Source of the DNA: Octopus sinensis
Taxonomy: Eukaryota
NCBI RefSeq assembly: GCF_006345805.1
Contig: NC_043025.1
Coordinates: 10,478,001-10,542,000, forward strand
Direction: 5' to 3'
Length of the DNA stretch: 64,000 nucleotides
Below, piece by piece: positions 22,354 through 34,568 of this stretch; positions within the stretch are counted from its first letter, which is position 1; the number at the start of each line of letters is the position of its first letter. Below the pieces are notes generated by a model that was not told where the DNA came from, searched no databases, and saw nothing but the letters and a program-made list of their open reading frames with translations. A program made the position numbers and the translations under genes.

Positions 22354-23810
22354 GTATACTGGTAGAATATGTTTATAAAACATCTTTTTTCTCTTGGCTT
22401 TATTGAGAAAATTCTATAGTTTGTAAGATATTTGTTGGGTTTTTTCTTCAATTTCTGCAATTTCAACCAATCAATGACGTCTATTGAGGTAAAAAAAAAC
22501 ATTCTGTGCCGTATGAATATGTCCCTCGTTTAAGAAACAGATTGGGTTTATTTACATATCTGAAGAAAAAAATATACCCTTCCCCCATCCCTAACTCTAG
22601 CCCTAACCCTAAAATAGATTGAAATGCAATAGATCGATACTAGGGTCATAATTATGGGTGACAATTGCATATGACACCGCTAGAAAAAACTGCCGTTCAA
22701 ACAGAAAAGATCCAATGCCGTTGCTCGGGTTTGTAAGGGAAATAACTATATAAGCATTTTTAGAGATGTAAAGTATAATAGCCATCTCAATATGGCTAAC
22801 CACAAAGGGGGAGTGTTACTGTAGCTTTTTACATTATGAGATTTAATAATACATTTTTAGAGAGTTACTTCCCTTATATAAACCGAGCGAAAATGCATTA
22901 AAAATGCGGAAAAAATTATGGTAATTTTTTTTTTAATCGTAAACTCATCGTAGACGTGCGCTAATACCCAGAATAGCTCGATATGAATCACGACTATAAG
23001 ATACCCGCTTTTGGTTACACTGTACCGCAAAATGAGGGAGTAGTTAGGAATCTAAATCGTAGGAGACAGACACACAACCTCTCTTTTATATATAAAGATA
23101 AACTCAAAGAGCAACTAGAAAGTGAAAGTAGTATCTAACTTAGGATGTCTCATAGATAGTGGTGGCAATGGTGTTGGAGGTGGTAGATGTGGTTATCATG
23201 GCAGTGGTGGTGGTGGTGGTGGTGGTGGTGTAGTGGTGACAGTGGATGTGTATGATGGCAGCAATTATAGTGTTAATGTTTTTGTAGAGGTGGTGGTGGT
23301 GGTGGTGGCGACAGAGGATGATGATGATAATGATGATGATAGTTGTAGTAGCATTGATTATGTTAGGATGTCTCATGGATGGTAGTGTTGAAGACATTGC
23401 AGAGTGTAGTGGTGGTGAAATTGGTGATTTTGAATATGATGCTGGTATTGATCTTGGGGTTGTGGTGGTGGCATTGGAGGTTGTAGTAATGGTTATAGTG
23501 GTGGTTGTGAAGATGATTCTTGCATTGAGGTGGTGGCAGAGTCAGAGTAAATAATAAGAGCCCAGTTGACACAAGATTCTTAAATTTCGGAGATCATAAG
23601 ATAGAGAGCAAGAAGTTAAAAGTTCCAATACTGGCCCAATACCTACACCCCAGATTCTTCAACTATTTTATAAGAAAGGGGTTAATGGCAGGATAGGGAT
23701 TCAGCTTTAAAATAAATTGTATAACAAAAAATACGTAAATAAATTATTGCCCCAACGATGTAGTTTTAGTATGTGTGTATGTGTGTATGTATGTGTGTGT
23801 GTGTGTGTGT

Positions 23811-23853
<43 letters not shown>

Positions 23854-24559
23854 GCAATGCAAACAATGGAAAATAATTTAAACACTCATTTTCTGATGTC
23901 TAAGGATGGGTGTTTATGCGTATGAATCTTTTTATTTTTATTTTCTTTCAAATATGATTCTAGGGAACTGAAAAAGCTGTGTACGATGCCAAGCGAATTT
24001 AGCTGTTTACGATGAACGGATGTTTACGTTACAAACGTTTACATGTTTACATGTTTACGTTAACCACGTCACAAAATAGCTGATTACGTCACAGTAACAA
24101 TATTTTGAGAGGCAGTAAATAATATGAGGTCGAAAGAAAGAATACCATTGGTTAAAATTCGAATTATTAAACAACGTTAAACTTAGAAATTACAATTCCG
24201 TTTTCATTTTGGTTTACAATTATGTTTTCTTTTGACACATTCTACCAGTATACGAAGTTTCAAATTGTTTAGTTGACTAAGAAAATCTGGCCTTCAAACT
24301 GAAAAGATCTCAGCTACGCACTGGGGTCGATGTAATCGACTTAATCCCTTTGTCTGTCCTTGTTTGTCCCTTCTGTGTTTAGCCCCTTGTGGGTAATAAA
24401 GAAATATATTCAGTTTTTGCAACGCCTCCTGTGGATGTAGAGACCGATGCGAGAGTGACAGTCTCGTTTGCAGAGGTCACACCTATACATCAAATCCGGT
24501 CTGTCGGCTGTCATTTCTTTTCTGCGGGTTCGGTTTTCAGCTGCCGCCACCCTCCAATT

Positions 24560-24832
24560 CCCTTCTCCGGTCTGCAGTTGTTTGTGAAGAGTGCCTCTCC
24601 AGCTGATTCGGTCGGCTGCTACATCCTACGAATCTTTAGGGTTGCGGATCCGTGGAATAAGTTGCCGGACGAGATAGCGAAGATGCCGACGACCGCTCCG
24701 TTCAAGGTCTCTCTTGACCAGAAATGGCCTGAACTCTCTGTATGACCGCTCTCCCTGTACATAACTCACTGTCCCCCGACATGGCCTTGCTTTTGCTTTT
24801 TGAGCCAATAAAAATTGAATTGAATTGAATTT
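24560..24832 (+). mobile_element. CR1-type LINE 3' end with (TTGAA)n tail; second copy at about 6330-6565 with (TTAAC)n tail
   Basis: FRVADPWNKLPDEIAKMPTTAPFKVSLDQKWPEL resembles the CR1 ORF2 C-terminus. Confidence 0.8.
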
Positions 24833-24849
24833 GATCGATTGAAACCTAT

Positions 24850-25075
24850 TCTTTATTACCCACAAGGGGCTAAACACAGAGGGGACAAAATAGGACATAG
24901 GTATTAAGTGGATTACATCGATCCCCAGCGCGTAACTGGTACTTAATTTATCGACCCCGAAAGGATGAAAGGCAAAGTCGACCTCGGCGGAATTTGAACT
25001 CACAACGTAACGCAGACGAAATACCGCTAAGCATTTCGCCCGGCGTGCTAACGTTTCTGACAGCTCGCCGCCTTT
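24850..25075 (-). mobile_element. tRNA-derived SINE family 2 (about 225 bp), monomeric copy
   Basis: Head ggcggcgagctg..gttagcacgccgggcg, B box gttcaaattcc, tail gtgggtaataaagaa. Tandem multimers at 8650-9100, 11350-11926, 31750-32420, 34685-35040 and 38495-38885. Confidence 0.88.
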
Positions 25076-25495
25076 TTTGATCGATTGAAACCGTTAAGGT
25101 AACCACATGGCCAGTGATTAATAACTGAATAAGATGGTAAAAATTTGCCGGGGTTCTTTTTAAAATCCCAAATAAAATGTTTAGTCATTGCTGTCAGACG
25201 AAATTCCTGTTAGAAAACATAGAAACACTGTTTGCCGACTGTTGAGAAGATCGATAGTTCTGTAAGGGAGATAACTTTTGTTCCGGAAAATTTTTATTTA
25301 CAAAAGTAACTGACGCTTTCCTCCCTTGAATTCAAGAGGAGTTATAAGCTTTTGGGTCATTTGTTCCTGACGGGTTGACTATACGGCTTCGCGTTTCATA
25401 GATACGAAACTAATTGTCATTTTCTGAGCAGCCACACGCACACACACACAAGTAAACGGGAGAGCGCACACACATCCTCGTGTATGAAAGGTATT

Positions 25496-25934
25496 GGATC
25501 TTTTCGGTTTGACCGGCAGTTTTTTAAAATAATTTCCACGTCACTGAATACTTTTAAACTACGTATACTGGTAGAATGTGTTTATAAAACATCTTTTTCT
25601 CTTGGCTTTATTGAGAAAATTCTATAGTTTGTAAAATATTTGTTGTTTTTTTTCTTCAATTTCTACAAATTCAACCAATCAGTGACGTCTATTGAGGTAA
25701 AAAACATTCTGTGCCATATGAATATGTCCCTCGTTTAAGAAACAGATTGGGTTTATTTACATTTGTGAAGAAAAAAAGATACCCTTCACCCACCCCTAAC
25801 TCTAACCCTAACCCTAACTAACCCTAACCCTAAAACAGATTGAAATGCAATAGATCGATACTAGGGTCATAATTATGGGTGACAATTTCATATGACACCG
25901 CTAGAAAAAACTGCTGTTCATACCGAAAAGATCC
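25496..25934. mobile_element. MITE family A (about 420-440 bp; about 28-bp TIR GGATCTTTTCGGTTTGAACGGCAGTTTTT; internal CCCTAA repeats)
   Basis: TIRs at both ends. Other copies: 22353-22713 (left end missing), 28753-29170, 35409-35817, 35963-36100 (half) and 49303-49706. Confidence 0.88.
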
Positions 25935-26024
25935 AAAATTAAAAGCGAATAGTATATTTAAAGCAAAAAGATACCAATAAAGTAATCAAAGAAACAATAA
26001 AAAAATTATGCATCAAAACTAAAT

Positions 26025-26106
26025 CGCTGCGGGCAGGATTCGAACCTGCGCGGGTATAACCCATTGGATTTCAAGTCCAACGCCTTAACCACTCGGCCAC
26101 CACAGC
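26025..26106 (-). tRNA. tRNA-Ser(UGA)
   Basis: 82 nt GCTGTGGTGGCCGAGTGGTTAAGGCGTTGGACTTGAAATCCAATGGGTTATACCCGCGCAGGTTCGAATCCTGCCCGCAGCG. Full cloverleaf, long variable arm, G discriminator, anticodon TGA. Confidence 0.97.
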
Positions 26107-26269
26107 AGCTGTCAGTCCGGTTCCGCAAATGTCTAAATATTTCTGTTTAATTTCATTGGAGTTTCCTGACTGATTAGCTTTTACCCTCCTTCCCCTCTTT
26201 TCGTATCTCTTACTTTTCTTCGCTTCACCTATCCCTACGCCTCCCATATCTATAGATAAATATGTATGC

Positions 26270-27750
26270 ACGTGTCTGTGTATGTATGTATGTATGTATG
26301 TATGTATGTATGTATGTATGTGTATGTATGTATGTATGTGTATGTGTGTATGTATGTATGTATGTGTGTGTATGTATGTATGTATGTATGTATGTATGCA
26401 TGTATGTATATGTGCATGTATGTATGTATGTGTGTATGTATGTATGTATGTATGTGTGTATGTATGTATGTATGTATGTGTGTGTGTATGTATGTATGTA
26501 TGTATGTATGTGTGTTGTATGTATGTATGTTATGTATGTATGTGTGGTGTGTATGTATGTATTATGTATGTGTGTATGTATGTGTATGTATGTATGTGTG
26601 TATGTATGTATGTATTGTGTATGTATGTATGTATGTATGATGTATGTATGTATGTATGTATGTATGTATGTGTTGTATGTATGTGTGTGTATGTATGTGT
26701 ATGTATGTATGTATGTGGTATGTATGTATGTATGTTATGTATGTATGTGTATGTATGTATGTATGTATGTATGTTGTATGTATGTATGTGTGTGTGTATG
26801 TATGTATGTATGTATGTATGTATGTATGTATGTATGTGTGTGTATGTATTATGTATGTATGTATGTATGTGGTGTGTATGTATGTATGTATGTTGTGTGT
26901 GTATGTATGTATGTATGTATGTATGTATGTGTGTGTGGTATGTATGTATGTATGTATGTATGTATGTATGTTGTATGTATGTATTATGTGTGTATGTATG
27001 TATGATGTATGTGTGTGTATGTATTATGTATGTATGTATGTATGTGTGTGTGTATGTATGTGTGTATGTATGTATGTATGTATGTGTGTATGTATGTATG
27101 TATGTGTGTGTGTATGTATGTATGTATGTGTGTGTGTATGTATGTATGTATGTATGTATCTGTGTGTGTATGTATGTATGTATGTGTGTGTGTATGTATG
27201 TATGTATGTATGTATGTATGTGTGTGTGTGTATGTATGTGTGTATGTATGTATGTATGTATGTGTGTATGTATGTATGTATGTATGTTGTGTGTATGTAT
27301 GTATGTATGTGTGTGTGTATGTATGTATGTATGTGTGTATGTATGTATGTATGTATGTATGTGTGTGTATGTATGTATGTATGTATGTATGTGTGTGTGT
27401 ATGTATGTATGTATGTATGTATGTATGTATGTATGTATGTATATGTGCATGTATGTATGTATGTATGTATGTGTGTGTGTATGTATGTATGTATGTATGT
27501 GTGTATGTATGTATGTGTGTGTATGTATGTATGTATGTATGTGTGTATGTATGTATGTATGTATGTATGTATGTGTGTATGTATGTATGTATGTATGTGT
27601 GTATGTATGTATGTGTGTATGTATGTATGTATGTATGTATGTATGTATGTATGTGTGTATGTATGTATGTATGTATGTATGTGTGTATGTATGTATGTAT
27701 GTATGTATGTGTGTATGTATGTAAGTGTGTATGTATGTATGTATGTGTGT
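26270..27750. repeat. (ATGT)n/(GT)n compound microsatellite upstream of tRNA copy 1; paralogous tract at 29495-30285
   Basis: Direct inspection. Confidence 0.97.
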
Positions 27751-28618
27751 AAATATGTATCCCAAATATCCCAAATAAAGTGTTTAGTCATTGCTGTCAG
27801 ACGAAATTCCGGTTAGAAAACATAGAAACACTGTCTGCCGACGGAGGCCCGTTCGGGAGATAACTTTTGTTGCGGAACATTTTTGTTTACAAATTAACTG
27901 ACAATGACGCTTTCCTCCCTTGAATTGAAGAGGCGTCATAAGCTTTTGGGTCATTTGTTTCTCACGGGGTCGACTATACGGCTTCGCGTTTCATAGATAC
28001 GCAACAGTTTTTGGCGTTTTCTGAGCAGGAGTGGCTGTGTGGTAAGTAGCTTGCTAACCAACCACATGGTTCCGGGTTCAGTCCCACTGCGTGGCATCTT
28101 GGCAAGTGTCTTCTGCTATAGCCGCGGGCCGACCAAAGCCTTGTGAGTGGATTTGGTAGACGGAAACTGAAAGAAGCCCGTCGTGTATATGTATATATAT
28201 ATGTATGTGTTGTGTGTATATGTTTGTGTGTCTGTGTTTGTCCCCCCCCCCACTAGCATTGCTTGAGAACCGATGCTGGTGTGGTTACGTCCCCGTCACT
28301 TAGCGGTTCGGCAAAAGAGACCGATAGAATAAGTACTGGACTTACAAAAAAGAATAAGTCCCGGGGTCGATTTGCTCGACTAAAGGCGGTGCTCCAGCAT
28401 GGCCGCAGTAAAATTACTGAAACAAGTAAAAGAGCCATCCTCGTGTATGAAAGATATTCTTTATAAACAACGCAACGTGGATGCATTGTAAGGAAATAAC
28501 ATATAAGAGGGAGAGAGCGGGGGGGGGAGACAAAGAGAGAGAGAGAGAGGGAGGGAGAGGAGTGTAGTGGAAGGAAATAGAGAAACATTTAGACATATGC
28601 AGAAGCATACTACAGGTG

Positions 28619-28700
28619 TCTGTGGTGTCCAAGAGGTTAAGTCGCTGTATTTGAAATCCTATTGGACATACCCGTACAGGTTCGAATCCTTCCCGCAGCG
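28619..28700 (+). pseudogene. tRNA-Ser(UGA) pseudogene
   Basis: Colinear with the intact copies but with about 15 substitutions that break the acceptor, D and anticodon stems; the T-loop/B box is intact. Confidence 0.88.
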
Positions 28701-29254
28701 ATCTAGTTTTTTAATTGCTTCTTTTGTTGATTTCATTAATTTAATGTTTTTTGGATCTTTTCGGTTTGAACAGCAGTTTTTTCTAGCGGTGTCATACGAA
28801 ATTGTCACCCATAATTATGACCTTAGTATCGATCTATTGCATTTCAATCTGTTTTAGAGTTAGGGTTAGGGGTGGGTGGAAGGGTATCTTTATTTTTTCA
28901 CAAATGTAAAAAAAACCCAATCTGTTTCTTAAACGAAGGACATATTCATACGGCACAGAATGTTGTTTACCTCAATGGACGTCATTGATTGGTTGAAATT
29001 GCAGAAATTGAAGAAAAAAAACAACAAATATCTTACAAACTATAGAATTTTCTCAATAAAGCCAAGAGAGAAAGCTGTTTTATAAACACATTCTACCAGT
29101 ATACGAAGTTTAAAAGTGGTTAGTTACCTAGAAATTATGTAAAAAACTGCCGTTCAAACCGAAAAGATCCTTAAAGCGAATAGTATATTTAAAGCAAAAA
29201 GATACCAATAAAGTAATCAAAGAAACAATTAAAAAAAATGCATCAAAACTAAAT

Positions 29255-29336
29255 CGCTGCGGGCAGGATTCGAACCTGCGCGGGTATAACCCATTGGATT
29301 TCAAGTCCAACGCCTTAACCACTCGGCCACCACAGC
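29255..29336 (-). tRNA. tRNA-Ser(UGA)
   Basis: Same 82-nt sequence as 26025-26106. Confidence 0.97.
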
Positions 29337-29631
29337 AGCTGTCAGTCCGGTTCCGCAAATGTCTAAATATTTCTGTTTAATTTCATTGGAGTTTCCTGAC
29401 TGATTAGCTTTTACCCTTCTTCCCCTCTTTTCGTATCTCTTACTTTTCTTCGCTTCACCTCTCCCTACGCCTCCCATATCTATAGATAAATATATATGTA
29501 TGTATGTATTGTATGTATGTATGTATGTATGTATGTATGTATGTATGTGTGTGTGTATGCATGTATGTATATATGTATGTGTCTGTGTATGTATGTATGT
29601 ATGTATGTATGTGTGTGTGTGTATGTATGTA

Positions 29632-29662
<31 letters not shown>

Positions 29663-31207
29663 GTGTGTGTAGGTATGTATGTATGTAGGTATGTATGTAT
29701 GTATACATGCATGTATGTATGTATGTGTATGTGTGTATGTATGTATGTGTGTGTGTGTATGTATGTATACATGCATGTATGTATGTATGTATGTGTATGT
29801 GTGTATGTATGTATGTATGTGTGTGTGTATGTATGTATGTATGTATGTGTGTGTATGTATGTATGTATGTATGTATGTATGTATGTGTGTATGTATGTAT
29901 ATATGTATGTGTATGTATGTATGTATGTGTGTGTATGTATGTGTGTGTGTAGGTATGTATGTGTGTGTATGTATGTATGTATGTATGTATGTATGTATGT
30001 ATGTATGTATGTGTATGTGTGTATGTATGTATGTATGTGTGTGCGTGTATGTATGTATGTATGTATGTATGTGTGTGTGTAGGTATGTATGTATGTATGT
30101 ATGTATGTATGTATGTGTGTGTGTAGGTATGTATGTATGTATGTATGTATGTTTGTGTGTGCATATGTATGTATGTATGTTGTGTGTATGTATGTATGTA
30201 TGTATGTATGTATGTATGTATATATGTATGTATGCATGCATGTATGTATGTATGTATGTATGTATGTATGTATGTATGTATGTATTTCATCCAGATAGTT
30301 TTGGCTGAGGAGCTACAAGTGGATTTTTTTGTATGTAAAATTACATTTAATTCATTAATAGCGAAACAATTGTCCCAAAATAATCTGTATTTTTGTTATT
30401 TTTATTTGCCCTGTCCGTGTGAGCTAACAATCGTACTGACTTTCATGGGAAACATGTATTTTTGTGGTGTGAAACCTTTTGGATTAACTGGTGCTAGAGT
30501 GAGCCATATAGTGACCACTCTCTTATATTTATTTTGTAAAAATATTATAATATATTATAAAATATTATAATAATCCAGGTTTCTCGGAGCACTAGGCCAC
30601 TTGGTGTAGAATAGATATACTATTAAATTAGTATCTAATTCTCTCACCCTTATTAATTAATTAATTGTATGTATGTATGTATATATGTGTATCACTATTC
30701 AGTTTTACTTGAAGTTTTCTTAGCAGTAAAGAGTCGGTTTCTATGCTAAGTCTAACGCTCCTTCGTTATAATTTTAAGACTATCAACAGGAGTGGCTGTG
30801 TGGTAAGTAGCTTGTTTACCAACCACGTGGTTCCGGGTTCAGTCCCACTGCGTGGCACCTTGGGCAAGTGCCTTCTGCTATAGCCTCGGGCCAACCAAAG
30901 CCTTGTGAGTGGATTTGGTAGACGGAAACTGAAAGAAGCCCGTCGTATATATGTACATATATATATATATGTGTGTGTTTGTGTGTCTGTGTTTGTCCCC
31001 CTAGCGTTACTTGACAACCGATGCTGGTGTGTTTATGTCCCCGTTACTTAGCGGGTCGGCAAAAGAGACCGATAAAAGAATAAGTCCCGGGGTCGAGTTG
31101 CTCGATTAAAAAGGCGGTGCTCCAGCATGGCCGCAGTCAAATGACTGAAACAAGTAAAAGTGTAAAAGAGAGGGTATATATGTGTATGTATGTATGTATG
31201 TGTGTGT

Positions 31208-31244
<37 letters not shown>

Positions 31245-31312
31245 ATGTGTGTGTGTATGTGGTGTGTGTGTGTGTGTATGTATGTGTGTATGTATGTATG
31301 TGTGTGTGTATG

Positions 31313-31343
<31 letters not shown>

Positions 31344-31375
31344 GTGTGTGTATGTGTGTGTATGTATGTGTGTGT

Positions 31376-31416
<41 letters not shown>

Positions 31417-31439
31417 GATTAGTATGTTTTGTTTTATGT

Positions 31440-31756
31440 ACGTCTTCTCATGCATATAGCTGCATTTCCCCACATTCTCACATATACTTAAACGATAAAA
31501 ATGATAAACTTCTGGAAGGTTTTTCAGATTTTTACACTTCCATTGATGGATTGGATCTGTAGTCTTCAAATCAGCTTTACTTCTTTCTGGTTTTGAGAAG
31601 CCTAATTTCTCCAAATTTGTATTTAGGCAGTGTATTACATATCCCAGTGCTCCAGTAATTACAGGTATAAACCTGAACTTGTAATCTGGATAGAGTAACT
31701 GCAAATTTCTCAATACTTCAGCGTAAGTATTTTCTTTTTCACTGATCCTTTTCTTT
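31440..31756 (-). mobile_element. R4/NeSL-like non-LTR retrotransposon 3' fragment (restriction-like endonuclease end)
   Basis: EKENTYAEVLRNLQLLYPDYKFRFIPVITGALGY resembles the K..KY..L...P.V.GALG RLE motif. Confidence 0.7.
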
Positions 31757-33142
31757 TCTAAGCACAAGGCCCGAAATTTTGGGGGAGGGAGCCAGTCGAT
31801 TACATCGACCCCAGTACACAACTGGTACTTAATTTATCGACCCCGAAGGGATGAAAGGTAAAGTCGACCTCGGTGGAATTTGAACTCAGAACGTAAAGAC
31901 GGACGAAATACCTATTTCTTTACGACCCACAAGGAGCTAAACATAGAGGGAACAAACAAGGACAGACAAACGGATTAAGTCGATTATATCGACTCCGAAA
32001 GGATGAAAGGCAAAGTCGACCTCGGCGGAATTTGAACTCAGAACGTAAAGGCAGACGAAATACCTATTTCTTTACTACCCACAAGGGGCTAAACATAGAG
32101 GGAACAAACAAGGACAGACAAACGGATTAAGTCGATTACATCGACCCCAGTGCGTAACTGGTACTTATTTAATCGACCCCGAAAGGATGAAAGGCAAAGT
32201 CGACCTCGGCGGAGTTTGAACTCAGAACGTAGCGGCAGACGAAATACCTGTTTCTTTACTACCCACAAGGGATGACAAACAGAGGGGACAAACAAGGATT
32301 ATATCGACCCCAGTGCGTAACTGGTACTTATTTAATCGACCCCGAAAGGATGAAAGGCAAAGTCGACCTCAGCAGAATTTGAACTCAGAACGTAGCGTGC
32401 TAACGTTTCTGCCAGCTCGATATCGCTAAGCTTTTTTTTTCTACTCTAGGCACAAGACCCGAAATTTATATATATATATCTTTTACTTGTTTTAGTCGAG
32501 AGACTGCGGCCACGCTGGGGCACTATCTCGAAGAGGTTTTAGTCGAATGAAATCGACCCCAGTGCTTTTTTTAAAAATCTTGTACTTATTCTGTATTGGC
32601 CATACTGTAGCAGAACCTTGAGGTTTTCAGTCGATCGAATCGAACCCCATTTATATAGGGTTTAGCCCTGGTACTTATTTCAACGATGCATATGTGTCGC
32701 ACTGCTAAGTTACAGATCATAAATACAGACATCACTTTTTTTCAAGCGGCGTCAGGCACAGGTGTGACTGTGGTAAGAAGCTTGCTTCTCAACCACATGG
32801 TTCCGGGTTCAATTCCACCTTGGGCAGGTGTCTTCTACTTTAGCCTCGGGCTGATCAAAGCCTTAGGAGTGGATTTGTTAGACGGAAACTGAAAAGAAGC
32901 ACTTCGTACCTCTGTGTGTGTGTGCGCGCCGCCGCCATCACTTGACAACCAGTGTTGGTCTGTTTATGTCCCCGTGCCTTAGCGATTCAGCAGAAAGAGA
33001 TCGATAGAATAAGTACCAGGCTTTAAAAAAAAATTAAGTATTAGGGTCGATTAATTCGGCTAAAAGTTCATCAACGTGGTACCCCAGCATGGCCGCAGTC
33101 TAATGACTGAAACAAAGTAAAAAAAAAATACTAAAAATAAAT

Positions 33143-33224
33143 CGCTGCGGGCAGGATTCGAACCTGCGCGGGTATAACCCATTGGATTTCAAGTCCAACG
33201 CCTTAACCACTCGGCCACCACAGC
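33143..33224 (-). tRNA. tRNA-Ser(UGA)
   Basis: Same 82-nt sequence; downstream T-run terminator. Confidence 0.97.
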
Positions 33225-33583
33225 AGCTGACAAAAGTGACCTACAAATATATAAATATTATTTGATACGATTTTATTTAATTGATTAGTTCTTCTCTTTC
33301 TTTTCTCTGTTTCTTTTGCTCCTTTCTTCTATCTCTCGTCAATCCGTTTGGGAGATATTGATCAGCCCAAAGCTTTAGTAGAAGACATTTACCGAAGACG
33401 CCACGTCGTAGAATCGAACTAGAGATCGCGAGGTTACGAAGCGAAATTCTTAGCTACATAGCTGCACCTTCACCTAAGCTTTAAAAAAAGAAAACGGAAA
33501 GCGTATAAATCTATAAAAAGAAATAAAGTAAGTAAAACAGAAATAAAAAAAAATAGGCAATAACAAAAATATCAAAACTAAAT

Positions 33584-33665
33584 CGCTGCGGGCAGGATTC
33601 GAACCTGCGCGGGTATAACCCATTGGATTTCAAGTCCAACGCCTTAACCACTCGGCCACCACAGC
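33584..33665 (-). tRNA. tRNA-Ser(UGA)
   Basis: Same 82-nt sequence; head-to-head with PYURF, about 860 bp from its ATG. Confidence 0.97.
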
Positions 33666-34528
33666 AGCTGGCAGTCGGGAGCTACAAATGTCTAAATATT
33701 TCTCCATTTGACTTCAGTCTCCTACTGATTACTTCCTTCTTATCTTTTCTCCTCTGTCTATAACTCCTACTCTTTCCCTACTCTATCACCTCTCACACTG
33801 CTCCTACTCTCTCTCTGTCTTACTCGTTTGCTTTCACAACCCTCTATAGTCCTCCTACATACGCCTCTCGTATTCTTTCCCCACCCCCCCTCTCTTATTC
33901 TTTTACTCGTTCTCTATCCCTTCACTTATGCTTATATACTTCTCTCTTTCACTGCCTACTCTGCCTTCTACTTCCATTTTTCCCTCTCTCTTTATAATCT
34001 ACCTCATCCCCCTCTATATCGAGTGCCTCACGCAATCTTTTCATACCCTTCCCTTCCGCTCTACTTCACTCATCCTCCTCCTCCAGTATACTTTACTCCT
34101 CCCTCAATCGTTCTTACTCATCCGTCTCTCTGCTTTCTTCTCCCCCCCTCTCTCATCTCTACTCTTTCACTTGTGCCCCCCCTTCCTTTCACTTTAAGCC
34201 AGAGATCGCTTAAGCTAACGATCAATAGAGTCACTTTCTCAATAACCCTTACTTTATCTCATTCGTCAGTGACGTAACTCTTACTCTTTCACTCAAATAC
34301 AGACCTGTTACTTTGATCAGCTAGGAATTAGCGACACTTTTATCATAGAATACTTAATATCGAATATAATAGAAAATCTGATTGGTAGAAATAAGTTTAT
34401 AAAGAACGAACGTTTCTGCAATAAATAAATTTACTGCTGTTGTTATCCTGTTGAAGGTCGTTTGAGTTTACAAGCAAAACCACGTGGAGTGACCTTGTGT
34501 CTGTTTTGGAGTTCTTTTAAGGGCGATC

Positions 34529-34568
34529 ATGATGTTGTCGTTAAGGAGATCGCTGAAAATAGTGTGGT
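34529..34568 (+). CDS. PYURF: PYURF/PREY exon 1 (mitochondrial presequence-like MMLSLRRSLKIVW)
   Basis: ATG at 34529 and canonical GTGAGT donor at 34569. Phase 1 matches the exon 2 acceptor. The peptide is Arg/Ser/Leu-rich with no acidic residues. Confidence 0.7.

Noticed and set aside
15825-22406. Series of 131-aa ORFs and a 726-aa His/Ala/Arg ORF
   Set aside because: Products of the 152-bp and 22-bp satellites; no splice or domain evidence.
23130-23560. Gly/Val/Asp-rich ORFs
   Set aside because: Degenerate GGT/GAT low-complexity tract with an internal duplication; no splice-consistent gene.
26025-26106. Possible selenocysteine or suppressor tRNA because of TGA
   Set aside because: TGA is the anticodon (it reads UCA = Ser). 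tRNA-Sec has anticodon TCA and a longer acceptor/T arm.
26262-30308. MYVC/HTYI-rich ORFs
   Set aside because: (ATGT)n microsatellite translations.
34215-34275. Minus-strand CUGACGA...GAAA GUGAC UC hammerhead-like motif upstream of PYURF
   Set aside because: Stem I does not pair at the junction, and about one such partial match is plausible by chance in this much sequence.
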